Shown: positions 1-10,039, numbered from the stretch's first letter. The stretch is 64,000 bases of DNA from Candidatus Multivoradales bacterium (GCA_965223325.1 CBDCWI010000002.1:3136001-3200000); one strand, 5' to 3'. Made by a program: numbers and translations. The notes: generated by a model not told the origin, from the letters alone.

Positions 1-78
1 ACCATGTCACTGCTTCAGCCTGGTCAGGAGTCTTGGAAGGGAAAGTCGGCGTAGCCTATCGAAGCAGCTACGCGGTGC

Positions 79-984
79 GTGGTGTCCCCTGAAGAGCGAT
101 CAATGATCCTTCACCCCCTACACGCCGAGTCTCCCGAGGCGACGAAGAACGCCCCGAGCCTCTTGGCCATCACCCAGACTGACCATGCTTGGCTGAGCGC
201 CGAGATGCTGAAGCTTTTCGTCGACCCTCCGGTGCGTGACCACCCTCGTTTTCAAGCGCTCCTTGAAGCAGCGCGGCGACACGACGACGGCTGGATGGGA
301 ATGGACGCGGCGCCCAGGAGGCATCCCGATGGCGAGAGCCCGCACGACTTTCGCTCGCTCGAGGCAGCCGATCGCGAAGAGGTATGGACCCGCACCTGGC
401 TCGAGTTCGAAAGCGCGCGCGAGGATTGGCGCGAAGCCTGGGCAGCGGCTCTCATCTTGCACCATGCCCTCACCCTGCATGGCGCGCCCGACTTTCGAGG
501 TAGCCGCAGCGACGAGAACGCGACACCCCCTCCAACCTGGGTTCTGTCAACGGGCCTTCTGGAGCGGCTGGCGATTGCACGCGAGACTCAGTTGATCGCA
601 GCAACCGCCCTTCTCGAACAGGAAGGCCACGTGTTCGAATCCGGACCGGATGGCGAAGCTCGACAAGCCTTCGCAGTGCTCGCCCGAGACTACGAACTGC
701 TGGCCCTGGTCGACTGGCTGTCGCTCGTGTGCTGCATGGGCGGTCCGCCCGGCTTCGACCGCCACGGATTCCGCGGCGTGGTCGAGCCCGAGACCTCGGT
801 GACCCGGCTGCTGCTCGACCCTTTCCCTTTCCGGGGGACGACCACCTGGCAGGTCGCCGCACGACCGATCCCCGTCCGTCCCTACCAGGGAGATGCCGAT
901 CTGGCCACCACCCTGACCACATCACGATTCATCAAGCGCAAGATTCGCGCAGAGCCGATGCCAACAATTCAAACATCTGTTTGA
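79..984 (+). CDS. DUF3891-like hypothetical protein
   Basis: ITQTDHAWLS...HDDGW...PHDF...DWLSL motif pattern recalled for DUF3891; start uncertain. Confidence 0.65.
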   Translation: MVSPEERSMILHPLHAESPEATKNAPSLLAITQTDHAWLSAEMLKLFVDPPVRDHPRFQALLEAARRHDDGWMGMDAAPRRHPDGESPHDFRSLEAADREEVWTRTWLEFESAREDWREAWAAALILHHALTLHGAPDFRGSRSDENATPPPTWVLSTGLLERLAIARETQLIAATALLEQEGHVFESGPDGEARQAFAVLARDYELLALVDWLSLVCCMGGPPGFDRHGFRGVVEPETSVTRLLLDPFPFRGTTTWQVAARPIPVRPYQGDADLATTLTTSRFIKRKIRAEPMPTIQTSV

Positions 985-1053
985 CTGAATTCGACCGAAA
1001 CTCGGGTCCCTCAGAGAGCTACCGCCCGGTTGGCCGGTGGCTTCGGGATTTCG

Positions 1054-1069
1054 TGCTACCTTCCCCGGG
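1054..1069 (+). promoter_or_regulatory. extended -10 element, probable leaderless ogt promoter
   Basis: TG-C-TACCTT followed by 7 nt and then ATG at 1070. Confidence 0.45.
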
Positions 1070-1639
1070 ATGGCGGACTCGGCCGTAACGGTTGAGGGCC
1101 CGGAGACCCTCGAAGCACCCGTAGAACCTCTGCGGGTCCTTATCCCATCGGCGCTCGGCGACCTGGGAATCGAGTTCCGTGAACGCACCGTCACCCGCCT
1201 CACGATCGCGCCCAAACGGGGCGACCGGGCGCGCTTCACGCCGCTCAAAGAGGCCTTCAAGCAGCAGCCCGGCGACTTCCTGGACGAGGCCCTCGGCCGG
1301 TTCTCCGAGTTTCTGGCCGGCGCGCGCCGCCGACTCGAGCTCGACTGGGAGTTCAACGAAGAAGAAGTTGACGACTTCGGAACCCGCGTGCTCAAGGAAG
1401 TGGCAACGATTCCCTATGGAGAAACGCGGACGTACCACAAGATCGCCTCAGGGGTCGGCGAGCCCGACGCCTACCGTCTCGTGCGTTCGGCGCTGATGGC
1501 CAATCCGATCCCAATCCTGATCCCCTGCCACCGGGTAGTGCCCGTGAAATCGGGCCCCGGCAGCTGGATCGGTGGCACCAAGCGCAAGGGCTGGCTCCTC
1601 AAGCTCGAGGAGCGAACACAGCGAGGCCAGGGCGGCTAG
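1070..1639 (+). CDS. ogt: methylated-DNA--protein-cysteine S-methyltransferase
   Basis: IPYGETRTY and NPIPILIPCHRVV active-site motif; ATG at 1070 preferred over GTG at 1037. Confidence 0.9.
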   Translation: MADSAVTVEGPETLEAPVEPLRVLIPSALGDLGIEFRERTVTRLTIAPKRGDRARFTPLKEAFKQQPGDFLDEALGRFSEFLAGARRRLELDWEFNEEEVDDFGTRVLKEVATIPYGETRTYHKIASGVGEPDAYRLVRSALMANPIPILIPCHRVVPVKSGPGSWIGGTKRKGWLLKLEERTQRGQGG

Positions 1640-1643
1640 CCGC

Positions 1644-2717
1644 CTACTGACGGTCCAGCTCGGCCTCGAGCTCGACTTCTTCGCCGCTCTCGGCGCTGAA
1701 CTCGAGCCGCTCGGACTGGTAGCCGGGCCGCACGATCTCGACCACATGGTCACCGGGATCGATGATCAACCCCTGGCGCAGGGCGGCCAGTTCGGCGACG
1801 CTCCCGAGATGACGCCCGTCGAGATAGACCGCGGCGTCTTCCGGCTCGACGTCGAGCTCTAGAAAAGCCGGCTCGGCTCGGAAGTCGCGCGTGTCCAGTG
1901 GCACATCGGCGGCATCGGAATCGCCGCGGCGCTCGGAGCGTCGGTTGCGCCAATCGTCGCTCTGGTCGGTGCCCGACTCGCTGCGGCGCGCCTCGCGCTG
2001 CCGCCACTTCCAGACCCGGTCTTCTTGATCCGCTGGTGCCTCGGCTTGCGCGCGCTGCCGCGCTTCTTCGACTGGCGTGTAGTGGTCTTCGGCCGGAGTC
2101 GCCGTGCCGGGCGTCATCTTTGCGTCGATCTCGAGCACCACGCCGGCCCGGACCTTGTAGTCCCGGGCAACGGTCTCGAAGCCTTCATGGACGAAAACCA
2201 GACGGTATTCACCCTCCTCGAGCCACAAGTAGCGCGGCCAGCCGTCGTAGTTGTCGGCAACGCCGACGTGCTTCCCGTCGACCCACACCGCTGCCTTTTC
2301 GGGACGAACGTCGAGATCGAGGGCACCGTAGTTGTACCCTTCCCAATCGCCCTCGGAGGCAATCACCACCCGCGGGCCGCCCCAGCCCCACCAGGGGTAG
2401 CCCCAGCCATAACTGTAGAAGGGGCTGTAACCGTAGCCATAGCCGAAACCGACTCGGAAATGGCGGGTGCGATGATGACCGCGGTGTCCTCGCCGGTGGA
2501 CGGAGTGGCCTCGGCCCGACCGAGCCCTCTGCACCGGCTCTTCGGCGAAAGCTGCGTCTGTGGCGCCACTCACCGAGCCCAGCGGACCGAGCCCGATCAC
2601 CAGGAGGCCGCCGGCCAGGGCGAGCAGTGGGGTCTGGAACGGAAGCCGGCGGCGGTACCGGCGAACGCCCGGTTTCATGGGGGTTAGAGGGCCTGTGGTC
2701 GACTGCTTCATGGTCAT
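1644..2717 (-). CDS. secreted protein with two PEGA domains
   Basis: two LDVxPExAAVx(V/L)DG...G.H/Y repeats; signal-like hydrophobic segment; His/Arg- and Gly/Tyr/Trp-rich linker. Confidence 0.8.
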   Translation of the reverse strand: MTMKQSTTGPLTPMKPGVRRYRRRLPFQTPLLALAGGLLVIGLGPLGSVSGATDAAFAEEPVQRARSGRGHSVHRRGHRGHHRTRHFRVGFGYGYGYSPFYSYGWGYPWWGWGGPRVVIASEGDWEGYNYGALDLDVRPEKAAVWVDGKHVGVADNYDGWPRYLWLEEGEYRLVFVHEGFETVARDYKVRAGVVLEIDAKMTPGTATPAEDHYTPVEEARQRAQAEAPADQEDRVWKWRQREARRSESGTDQSDDWRNRRSERRGDSDAADVPLDTRDFRAEPAFLELDVEPEDAAVYLDGRHLGSVAELAALRQGLIIDPGDHVVEIVRPGYQSERLEFSAESGEEVELEAELDRQ

Positions 2718-2750
2718 CGGTCTCCTTGACTGCCAGGACCACCGCGTGGG

Positions 2751-3680
2751 TCACACGGGGGAGGCGAGCTGATCAGCCCAACCCTGGTGCAACCCTCTCA
2801 CGTAGTGGCAACGTAGCGTGCCCTCCCAGAGGGAAGGCGTGTTCACAGGCAGATTCTGCAAACTGCGGGCCAGCGCCGTGCCCAGGCGGCGTTTCCAGGC
2901 CGGCGGCTCCGGCGGTGGGCCATCCTTGCTGAGGCCGACAAGGGACCCGAGCTCGGGGTGCCGCTGGTAGAAAACGACGGCGTTGTAGCCGGCGCGCCGC
3001 TGGCGTTCGCAAAAGCGCTCAAAAGAGGTCGGGTGATCGTGCAGGACGCGTGCCCCCGACCGGTAGACGAGGCGGAGGCCGAAGCGTTTCTCGAGTCGGT
3101 AGGACAGCTCGGTGTCTTCCCAGGCGGCGAACGGAAACCCCTCGTCGAAGGGCTCCTCCACCAACAGCCTGCGCGGGATCGACAGATTCGAGGTGTAGAG
3201 GAAGTTGAAGGGCACGTCGTTCGGCGTGTCGATCAGTGCATAGCCAAACTGAAGACCGTACTCGTTGATGTAGCGCAGGAACGGGTTGGTCCCCGTTCGT
3301 GGGTGCCATCCGGTGTAGCCAATCACTGCCACGGGGCGCTCATCGCCTCGCGGCTCGCTCTGCGCCTGCCAGTGGGTCGCGAGCCAGGTCGGCAACGGCA
3401 CCGTGTCATCGCCCAGAAAGGCAATCACCTCACCCGACGCCAATTGAACGCCACGGTTGCGCGCAGCAGCCGGCCCCCGGTTCTCCTGGGTTTCGAAGAC
3501 CAACGGCACCGACAGGTCACAGCTCGAGAGCCACCCCGCTGTGCCATCCGTCGAACCGTCGTCGACGACCACCACCTCAAAAGGCGGTGCATCGATCTGC
3601 TCTCCGAGAGCGGCGAGCACCTCCGGCAGCACTTCCAGCCGATTGAACGTCGGCACGACCACGCTCAGTTGAGTGCTCAA
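2751..3680 (-). CDS. glycosyltransferase family 2
   Basis: SVVVPTFNR, VVDDGSTDGT, FLGDD, WEDTEL; TTG at 3680 overlaps the upstream TGA (TTGA coupling). Confidence 0.9.
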   Translation of the reverse strand: MSTQLSVVVPTFNRLEVLPEVLAALGEQIDAPPFEVVVVDDGSTDGTAGWLSSCDLSVPLVFETQENRGPAAARNRGVQLASGEVIAFLGDDTVPLPTWLATHWQAQSEPRGDERPVAVIGYTGWHPRTGTNPFLRYINEYGLQFGYALIDTPNDVPFNFLYTSNLSIPRRLLVEEPFDEGFPFAAWEDTELSYRLEKRFGLRLVYRSGARVLHDHPTSFERFCERQRRAGYNAVVFYQRHPELGSLVGLSKDGPPPEPPAWKRRLGTALARSLQNLPVNTPSLWEGTLRCHYVRGLHQGWADQLASPV

Positions 3681-5047
3681 CCCTCGGTCTCCATGACCTC
3701 TCTGAGCCGAGCGCGCCGAGGCGCGAGGCTCGGGTGCGTTTCTCTGTCGGGCCACAGGGCTTCGAACCCAGGGGAAGCGAAAAGCTCCTCGTCGCCCAGG
3801 TAGGTTGGAACCAGCCAGAGCGGGAAGCGTTCGAAGATCTCGCGGTCAGAACGGCGGCGCGCAGCCAGGTTCAGAGAACGTCTCTCCATCGTCTGGTCTC
3901 GATGTACCTTGACAGACTGTAGAACGCGCAACTGGGACAGCACCTGCGACTCGCCGATCGACACCGATAGCCTCGAACCGCGGTCCTGCCTCGGTAGCAG
4001 GAGCGGCGAGCTCGGCGAGGCGATCGCTGCCAGACGGATCAACGAGCGGGCGACCAACTCGCGCGGACCGTAGTCGCGCAACCGCCGCCGCCAGCGGCCG
4101 AGCGCACCTTCGGCGGCGTCGACTGGTGCGCGCTCATCGGGTGCGGAGCGGGCGGTGTTGGCGACCGCTCCCTGGAAGGGGTCGACACAGAAAGCCTCTC
4201 CGCCCGGAACGGTCTCGGCCAACAGTGACGCCGTACGCGATTCGAGCGTCACGAGGACCGCCGGCATCATCGCCGCGAACGACGTTTCATCGAAGTTCTT
4301 GAGCACCGTCAAGAGGGCGTTGCGCTCGAACAGGAATCCTCGGTTGTGATCACCCAGGAGGTTGCTGGTCGCCATCGAACGGTGATGGACCACCGCCTGC
4401 TCGGAGAACAACACTCGTAGGCCGCGTGCCCACCAGCGCCAGCCGAGGTCGACGTCCTCGAGGTACGCAAAGTAGCGCTCGTCGAAGCCGCCGGCGTCGA
4501 GAAAGGCATCCCGCCTCACCATGGCGTTGCCTCCGCACGCGAACAGAAGCTCCTCGCCGTCTTTGGGAACGCGCGCCTCTTTGAGCGGTCGTCGGTAGTC
4601 GAGCTGAAAGGCATGACCATCGAAGGTCATGATGCCGCGACCGAAGTCGAGCCGCTCACCCGACCAGTCCACGATACGGCCGGAGATCGCCGCGACATCG
4701 GCCGGAGCAGCGGCCATGGCATCGACCAGGCACGCCAGCCATTCGGGGTGCGGACGGGTGTCGTTGTTGAGGAGAGCCACGGCGTCAGCGGCCGAGGCTT
4801 CAACCAGGCGGTTCGAAGCAGCACAGAACCCAAGGTTCGCCTCACTGTGTAGACATTCGACGTCTGGGTGATGCTTTTGCAGCCACTCGCGCGTACCGTC
4901 GGTGGACCCGTTGTCGAATACCAGAACACGCCACGGCACGCCCGGGTGCCGTTGGTCGAGAAGTGCTGGTAGGCAGGTTTCCAGGTGCTTGCGGCCATTC
5001 CAACTCGGAATCGCCACGACGACGTTCTGCAGTGCGGAAGCGCTCAC
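3677..5047 (-). CDS. glycosyltransferase family 2 (rhamnosyltransferase/WbbL-like)
   Basis: IPSWNG, FDNGSTDGT, NLGF, LLNND, YLEDVDLGWR. Confidence 0.9.
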   Translation of the reverse strand: MSASALQNVVVAIPSWNGRKHLETCLPALLDQRHPGVPWRVLVFDNGSTDGTREWLQKHHPDVECLHSEANLGFCAASNRLVEASAADAVALLNNDTRPHPEWLACLVDAMAAAPADVAAISGRIVDWSGERLDFGRGIMTFDGHAFQLDYRRPLKEARVPKDGEELLFACGGNAMVRRDAFLDAGGFDERYFAYLEDVDLGWRWWARGLRVLFSEQAVVHHRSMATSNLLGDHNRGFLFERNALLTVLKNFDETSFAAMMPAVLVTLESRTASLLAETVPGGEAFCVDPFQGAVANTARSAPDERAPVDAAEGALGRWRRRLRDYGPRELVARSLIRLAAIASPSSPLLLPRQDRGSRLSVSIGESQVLSQLRVLQSVKVHRDQTMERRSLNLAARRRSDREIFERFPLWLVPTYLGDEELFASPGFEALWPDRETHPSLAPRRARLREVMETEG

Positions 5048-6375
5048 ACTGCGCCCCGCGCCCGAGAGAAGCGGCGGCTGATCCGCGTCAGGAAGCGGCG
5101 CAGTCTGAAGCTCGCGGCGTCCGCCGGGGCGGCGGTACCTGGAGATACCGTGAAGTCCTGCCTCGTCGTGTCGACCCAGGGCTCTTGCGCGAAACGGACC
5201 AAGGGCTCGAGAACAGCTTCCCAGCTCAGTGTGGCAGCGAGCTCCTCGCCTTTGCGCGTACGCGCTTCGACCTGGGCGCCGCCAGCCAGAACTTCGGCGA
5301 GTCGAGCTGTCAGGCCTCGGACATCACCGGCCGCGAACTGCCAACCGGTCTGTGCGTCGTCGAGGAGCCGGCCGAGAGCACCGCCGCGCGTGGTGACTAC
5401 CGGACAACCAACCCGCAGCGCCTCGAGAAAACGCGTTCGCAACGAGAGCTCCGTCTCGATTCCCGGCTGCCAGGCGCCGACCATCAAGTCGACATCGCGC
5501 AGGAGATCGAATCGTCTCTCGAATGGCACCCAGTCGAGGATCTCGACCATCGCCGCCAGCCGGGGCTCGCGCGCCATCCGCGCTCGCACCTCTTCGAGGC
5601 GCCGTTGGGGAGTCGACTCCACGTTCGGGTTGGCAACGACGAGTAGGCGCAGGTCGTCTCTTCGAAGACCCAGGAGGGCGTCAAGCACCGTGTGCGGGTC
5701 GTACCAGTCATAGAGGCCGCCAAAGAGGAGGACCCTCTCGGACCTTTCGTCGAGGTAGCGACGGTGCTCGGGAAGGTCACGCGCCAACCCAAAGGGAACC
5801 GTATCGATGAGTCGGCGAAAACCCGGGTCAGTTCGAGCCAGGTGCGGATTGACCCGGCCAAGGGCGGTGAGAAAGCCCAGGTAGAACCGTCGCTGTTCGT
5901 CTGAAGAGCAAAGGAAGAAGTCGCCGCGGGCGAGCTGCAGCATCCAGGTCGCATGATCGTTACGCCAGGGCTCGAGCCCGAGGGTCTCGGTGTAGTGGAA
6001 GTTCTCGACCAACCAGGGGTCGTAGAAGTCGAAGGCGACCGGTAGCTCAGAGGCTTGAGACACGACATCGTTACCCAGCTGGCCCTGCGCCAAAACACCC
6101 CGACATCCGCGCAGTTGCTGGGCGAGTTCCTGGCGAACGAAGGGCACCCAGGTGAGCCCGTCGCCGCCGCTACCGACGCCGGCTCTGGGGTCGAACCGAG
6201 AGCCCGCCTCGGGAGGAGGCGAGATCATCCGCACGGGGATCCCCTCTGCCGTCAGGCGGCGCGCGATCTCGACGTAGCGAATGCCGATGCCGGCCATGCG
6301 AGCCCGTAACGGCTCGCTGACGACCAGCGCGAATGGGGCGTCTCGTCCGGAGGAGTGCCGCAACGTCTCGGTCAC
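5044..6375 (-). CDS. glycosyltransferase family 4 (GT-B)
   Basis: MAGIGIRY N-terminus, FGGLYDWYD, ETELSLRTRFLEAL..GCPVVTT; GTG at 6375 overlaps the upstream stop. Confidence 0.85.
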   Translation of the reverse strand: MTETLRHSSGRDAPFALVVSEPLRARMAGIGIRYVEIARRLTAEGIPVRMISPPPEAGSRFDPRAGVGSGGDGLTWVPFVRQELAQQLRGCRGVLAQGQLGNDVVSQASELPVAFDFYDPWLVENFHYTETLGLEPWRNDHATWMLQLARGDFFLCSSDEQRRFYLGFLTALGRVNPHLARTDPGFRRLIDTVPFGLARDLPEHRRYLDERSERVLLFGGLYDWYDPHTVLDALLGLRRDDLRLLVVANPNVESTPQRRLEEVRARMAREPRLAAMVEILDWVPFERRFDLLRDVDLMVGAWQPGIETELSLRTRFLEALRVGCPVVTTRGGALGRLLDDAQTGWQFAAGDVRGLTARLAEVLAGGAQVEARTRKGEELAATLSWEAVLEPLVRFAQEPWVDTTRQDFTVSPGTAAPADAASFRLRRFLTRISRRFSRARGAV

Positions 6376-8213
6376 CCGCGACCCTTCCATCGCTCGATGC
6401 GTTGATGCCAGCGCCACGCCCGAGTTCGTTCCATCGCCGCGATGATTCCCTGCAATCGTTCGATCTCACCGTAGGTTCGACCGAGGTGTTCGGTTTGATC
6501 ATCGATGGTCGATCGCATCGACGCTTCGTTGTCATAGAAGCGTTGCGCTTGATCAGTCAAACGCAGCCGCTCTCGACGCTCCGCCTCGAGCTCAGTGCGG
6601 GCGGTACGCAAGGCCTCGCCGGTGGCCACGGCTTCTGCTCGCATGTCGGTAATGGCACGTGCCAGGGTCGGGGCGTCGAGCAAGGCGGCGTGACGCTCGA
6701 AGAGCTTCGCCCGCATAGCAACGAAGTCGCGCTCGAAGTCGGTCGCCTCGGCCTGGCCGCCGCCCAGCACGTGATGGTCAGCACCGCGGAAGTGACGGTA
6801 CTCACAGGTCACCCGGGGCAGGTGATGGAAGTTGACTCGCTGCGCGAGGCGGATGAGCAGGTCCCAGTCCTCGAAGAAGAGGAGGTCGTGATCCAGGACA
6901 CGGCCTGAGGGGTCTCGCACTTCTTCGAGCAGAGACTTCTCGACCAACACGGTGTTGAAAGGAATGTAGTTGTCAACCAGAAGGCGGATACGGTCGAAGT
7001 CGCGGCTGTACGGCAAGCGACGCTCGCGACAAACGAAACCACCCTCCTGAGGGTCGAGTTCGTAGACGGTCACTGCAGCGTCGCTGTAGGCAAGCCGAAC
7101 CCCCGCTCCTTTGTGAGCCGCTACCAAGGTCGCGATGTGCTCTGGAGCCACCAGGTCGTCGTCGTCGAGGAAACCGACGAGCTCGCCGCAAGCGGCACGA
7201 ATTCCGGCGTCGGCTGCCGCGGCCCGCCCCTGGTTCTCCGGCAAAGCCACCATCTGCACCTGGAGGTCGAACGTCGGCAGATCGACCGGAGCGCCTCCGT
7301 CGTTGACGACGATCACCTCGACTTTGCGATAGGTACTCTCAGCAAGCGAACCGACCGCCTCGCGCAGAAGATCGGGTCGATCGCGTGTACGCACGATGAC
7401 ACTGACCAGGGGACCCGAAGACACCTGCACGTTCTGCGGCGCGCCGCCGAGGTGCCGAACCAGTTGCACCAGACTACGCGTCCGGAAGTCGTCGAGGTCC
7501 AGCCGACGGTAACCCTCAGCGGCTTCGACTTCCGGCGCGAGGGTGTGGGTGCGGTACTGGCGTAGACCCAAGGCGGCCGAAAGGTAGTCGTGGCGCTCCT
7601 GCTGCGAGGCGTAGAGGGCCATCGCTTCGCGTAGCCGATCGATCTGGGTTCCAACATCTACCAGGAGGTCGGGATGGTGCGGGTGGTTGACCTCGTAGGT
7701 CAGAACCACCGGTCCAGCTCCGGCAAGCCCAGGGTCAGTGGCCGTTGGCGCATCGCGTCGTGACGAAAGCACCTCATGAACGGCGGCGAAGGCCGCCTGG
7801 TGATCGGGCGTGACCTCGAGTGGCGAGGGAACCAGCAGCAGGTCCGGCTGGTGTTCCGCGAGCGCCTCCACAAACGCCGCTCTGATCTCGCCTATGCGAT
7901 GTTGTAGCTGGCCATCGGGCAGGTCGAGATGGGTAGCCGCAAAGCCGAAAAGAGCCGCGACCGCATCAGCCTCCTGGCGTCGTCTTTCGGAGTAGGCCGC
8001 CGGGTCATCGGCGCCTTCGATTCCCCCGGCACCGTCGGAGAGAAACAGTACGTTCGCCCGAACTCCACCTTCGATGAGGGCAGCGAGTAGGCCGCCGCAA
8101 CCGAGAACCTCGTCGTCGTAGTGCGGTGCCACCACCAGTACGGAGCGTGCACTGACCTCAGTCACCTCACCGGGCGGAGTGACGGGAGCGCTCACCACAG
8201 GCCCCGCGGGCAA
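6372..8213 (-). CDS. PIG-L/LmbE deacetylase-GT2-coiled-coil fusion protein
   Basis: APHYDDE and PDH (PIG-L); VSVIVRT, VNDGG, FLDDDD, FEDWD (GT2); C-terminal heptad-rich helix and a basic Trp-containing tail. Confidence 0.85.
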   Translation of the reverse strand: MPAGPVVSAPVTPPGEVTEVSARSVLVVAPHYDDEVLGCGGLLAALIEGGVRANVLFLSDGAGGIEGADDPAAYSERRRQEADAVAALFGFAATHLDLPDGQLQHRIGEIRAAFVEALAEHQPDLLLVPSPLEVTPDHQAAFAAVHEVLSSRRDAPTATDPGLAGAGPVVLTYEVNHPHHPDLLVDVGTQIDRLREAMALYASQQERHDYLSAALGLRQYRTHTLAPEVEAAEGYRRLDLDDFRTRSLVQLVRHLGGAPQNVQVSSGPLVSVIVRTRDRPDLLREAVGSLAESTYRKVEVIVVNDGGAPVDLPTFDLQVQMVALPENQGRAAAADAGIRAACGELVGFLDDDDLVAPEHIATLVAAHKGAGVRLAYSDAAVTVYELDPQEGGFVCRERRLPYSRDFDRIRLLVDNYIPFNTVLVEKSLLEEVRDPSGRVLDHDLLFFEDWDLLIRLAQRVNFHHLPRVTCEYRHFRGADHHVLGGGQAEATDFERDFVAMRAKLFERHAALLDAPTLARAITDMRAEAVATGEALRTARTELEAERRERLRLTDQAQRFYDNEASMRSTIDDQTEHLGRTYGEIERLQGIIAAMERTRAWRWHQRIERWKGRG

Positions 8214-8491
8214 AGCTCCATTGCGATCTTCATCAATGCCATAGAACTCAGGTTCGTTTCACTAGGGTCCGGGGTCCCGCCGGTTGAGCGCGCGGGTCGG
8301 CTTCTCGAGGGAATCCCGGAGTATTGGAGGAGAAAGCGCAGAGGGGACAGAGATCTGGCAGAGAGACAGCAACGTTCGACTCTCGTGCAGCACTGGAACC
8401 ACTGTATCCAGGATAATGGATCTCCCCTACCACCCGCCCCCGCAAGTGGCGAGTCTCAAGCACCGATTCCAGGCTCCCTGGAGAGCACCTC

Positions 8492-10039
8492 TTGCCGACG
8501 CCCGCTCATTCAGACCTCACAGCGACCACCCTGGCCGAAGTCGTCGACCTGGCACTCGAGCACCTGCCAGGCAAAGAGCGCCCACTCCTGATCGATCCCC
8601 CGCCCGAGCTGGTGGAGTCGGTCTGCGGATCAGAGCGCCCTCTGGTTGGAGAGGTCCGAGAGCTCCTCGAGCCTCTGGCTGGCGGGACCCCAGTCGCCAT
8701 GTCGACCCCGACCGACCTCTTGATCCTTCAGCCACTCGCCGAGCTGCTCGCCAACCAACAACGAACGACGGCGTTTGCAGAGGCTCTTGCTTCCTCACTC
8801 GCAACCGAGAGTCGCGCCGTCGTCCTCGAGCCTCCGGACCCGCAACCTGCGCGGACCCTGCGGGCGGCGCTCGCGGCCGCCGGGACCCGGATTCAGAAGG
8901 CAATCCCTCTGCGCCCGAATGACCGAACCGGCGACCCGCAACCAAGGGTTCTCATGCTGCGATTTGACGGTTACCCGGTGCGGGACTTCGAGCCTGGCGA
9001 CGAGCACTCACTCAGCGAGCTCTTCGAATCCTCCTTTCACCACCAGCGGCCGTTGGCCCACTGGACCTGGAAGTACCGCGAGAATCCCTGGGGACAGGAG
9101 CGCATTTCAGTCGTCCTCGACCAGGAGAGCCGGGTCGTAGGGCAGTACTGCGCCTACCCGGTTCCTTTCGTGCGCAGACTAAGCGGCAGGCTCGAGAGCT
9201 TTCTGGCACATCAGGTCGGGGACACGATGACCGCACCGGCGGTCCGTGCGGTGGGTCGTGGGCCCACCAGTCTGCTCGCCCGCGCCGCCCACCACTTCTA
9301 CGATCGCCACTGTCATGACGGCGTCGCCTTCAACTACGGCTTCAACACCGGCAACATCTTCAAGTTCTCGCGCCGCTACGTTGGCGCTCTCGAAGTCATG
9401 CCGGTTCCCTACCGCGTGCGGAGCACCGCGGCGGTTCGACAATCCGGCAGCAGGTCCCTTCTGCGACGCATGAGAGAGCCCATCCGGGTGGAGGTCTTAC
9501 GCTCGGGCGACATCATCGGCCCCGACCTGGCGGCAGAGCTCGATCGCTTGATGAATCGCGCCACCCTCGATGAGGGCCTGATGGTCGAGCGCACGAGCTC
9601 GTACCTGCAGTGGCGCTATCTCGCCCGGCCAGACGCCGACTACCGCCTCCTCCTCGCCTGGTCTAGAAAGAAGCTCCTGGGCTGGAGCGTCTTTCGCCGC
9701 GCCAACCCGTCAGAGGTACACCATGCCGGCACAGAGTCGGTCGCTTCAACTCTTCTATGGGGCGACGCGCTGTGGCCCTCATCCGGAATCCGAGCCGATC
9801 TTCGTCGAATCGGGTGTTCGCGTACCCTCGACGCAGCGCAGGAGGCATTTCAAGCCACCCGAGTCGTCGGCTGGTTCGAGGGCAGTTCCCAATGGAAAAG
9901 GCTCCTCGACGACCTCGGCTTCGAGGGCCGTTCGGAACCCAACGGCCTCACGATGGTGGTCGTTCCGTTCGCCTGGAGCGATCCCACCTCAGCACTACAG
10001 ACCGGCTACTTGACGATGGGAGACGGCGACCTCTTCTAG
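8492..10039 (+). CDS. GNAT-family acyltransferase of polysaccharide loci, with N-terminal extension
   Basis: WTWKYRENP, QVGDTMT, FNYGFN, R..YLQWRY, C-terminal MGDGDLF. Confidence 0.7.
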   Translation: MPTPAHSDLTATTLAEVVDLALEHLPGKERPLLIDPPPELVESVCGSERPLVGEVRELLEPLAGGTPVAMSTPTDLLILQPLAELLANQQRTTAFAEALASSLATESRAVVLEPPDPQPARTLRAALAAAGTRIQKAIPLRPNDRTGDPQPRVLMLRFDGYPVRDFEPGDEHSLSELFESSFHHQRPLAHWTWKYRENPWGQERISVVLDQESRVVGQYCAYPVPFVRRLSGRLESFLAHQVGDTMTAPAVRAVGRGPTSLLARAAHHFYDRHCHDGVAFNYGFNTGNIFKFSRRYVGALEVMPVPYRVRSTAAVRQSGSRSLLRRMREPIRVEVLRSGDIIGPDLAAELDRLMNRATLDEGLMVERTSSYLQWRYLARPDADYRLLLAWSRKKLLGWSVFRRANPSEVHHAGTESVASTLLWGDALWPSSGIRADLRRIGCSRTLDAAQEAFQATRVVGWFEGSSQWKRLLDDLGFEGRSEPNGLTMVVVPFAWSDPTSALQTGYLTMGDGDLF

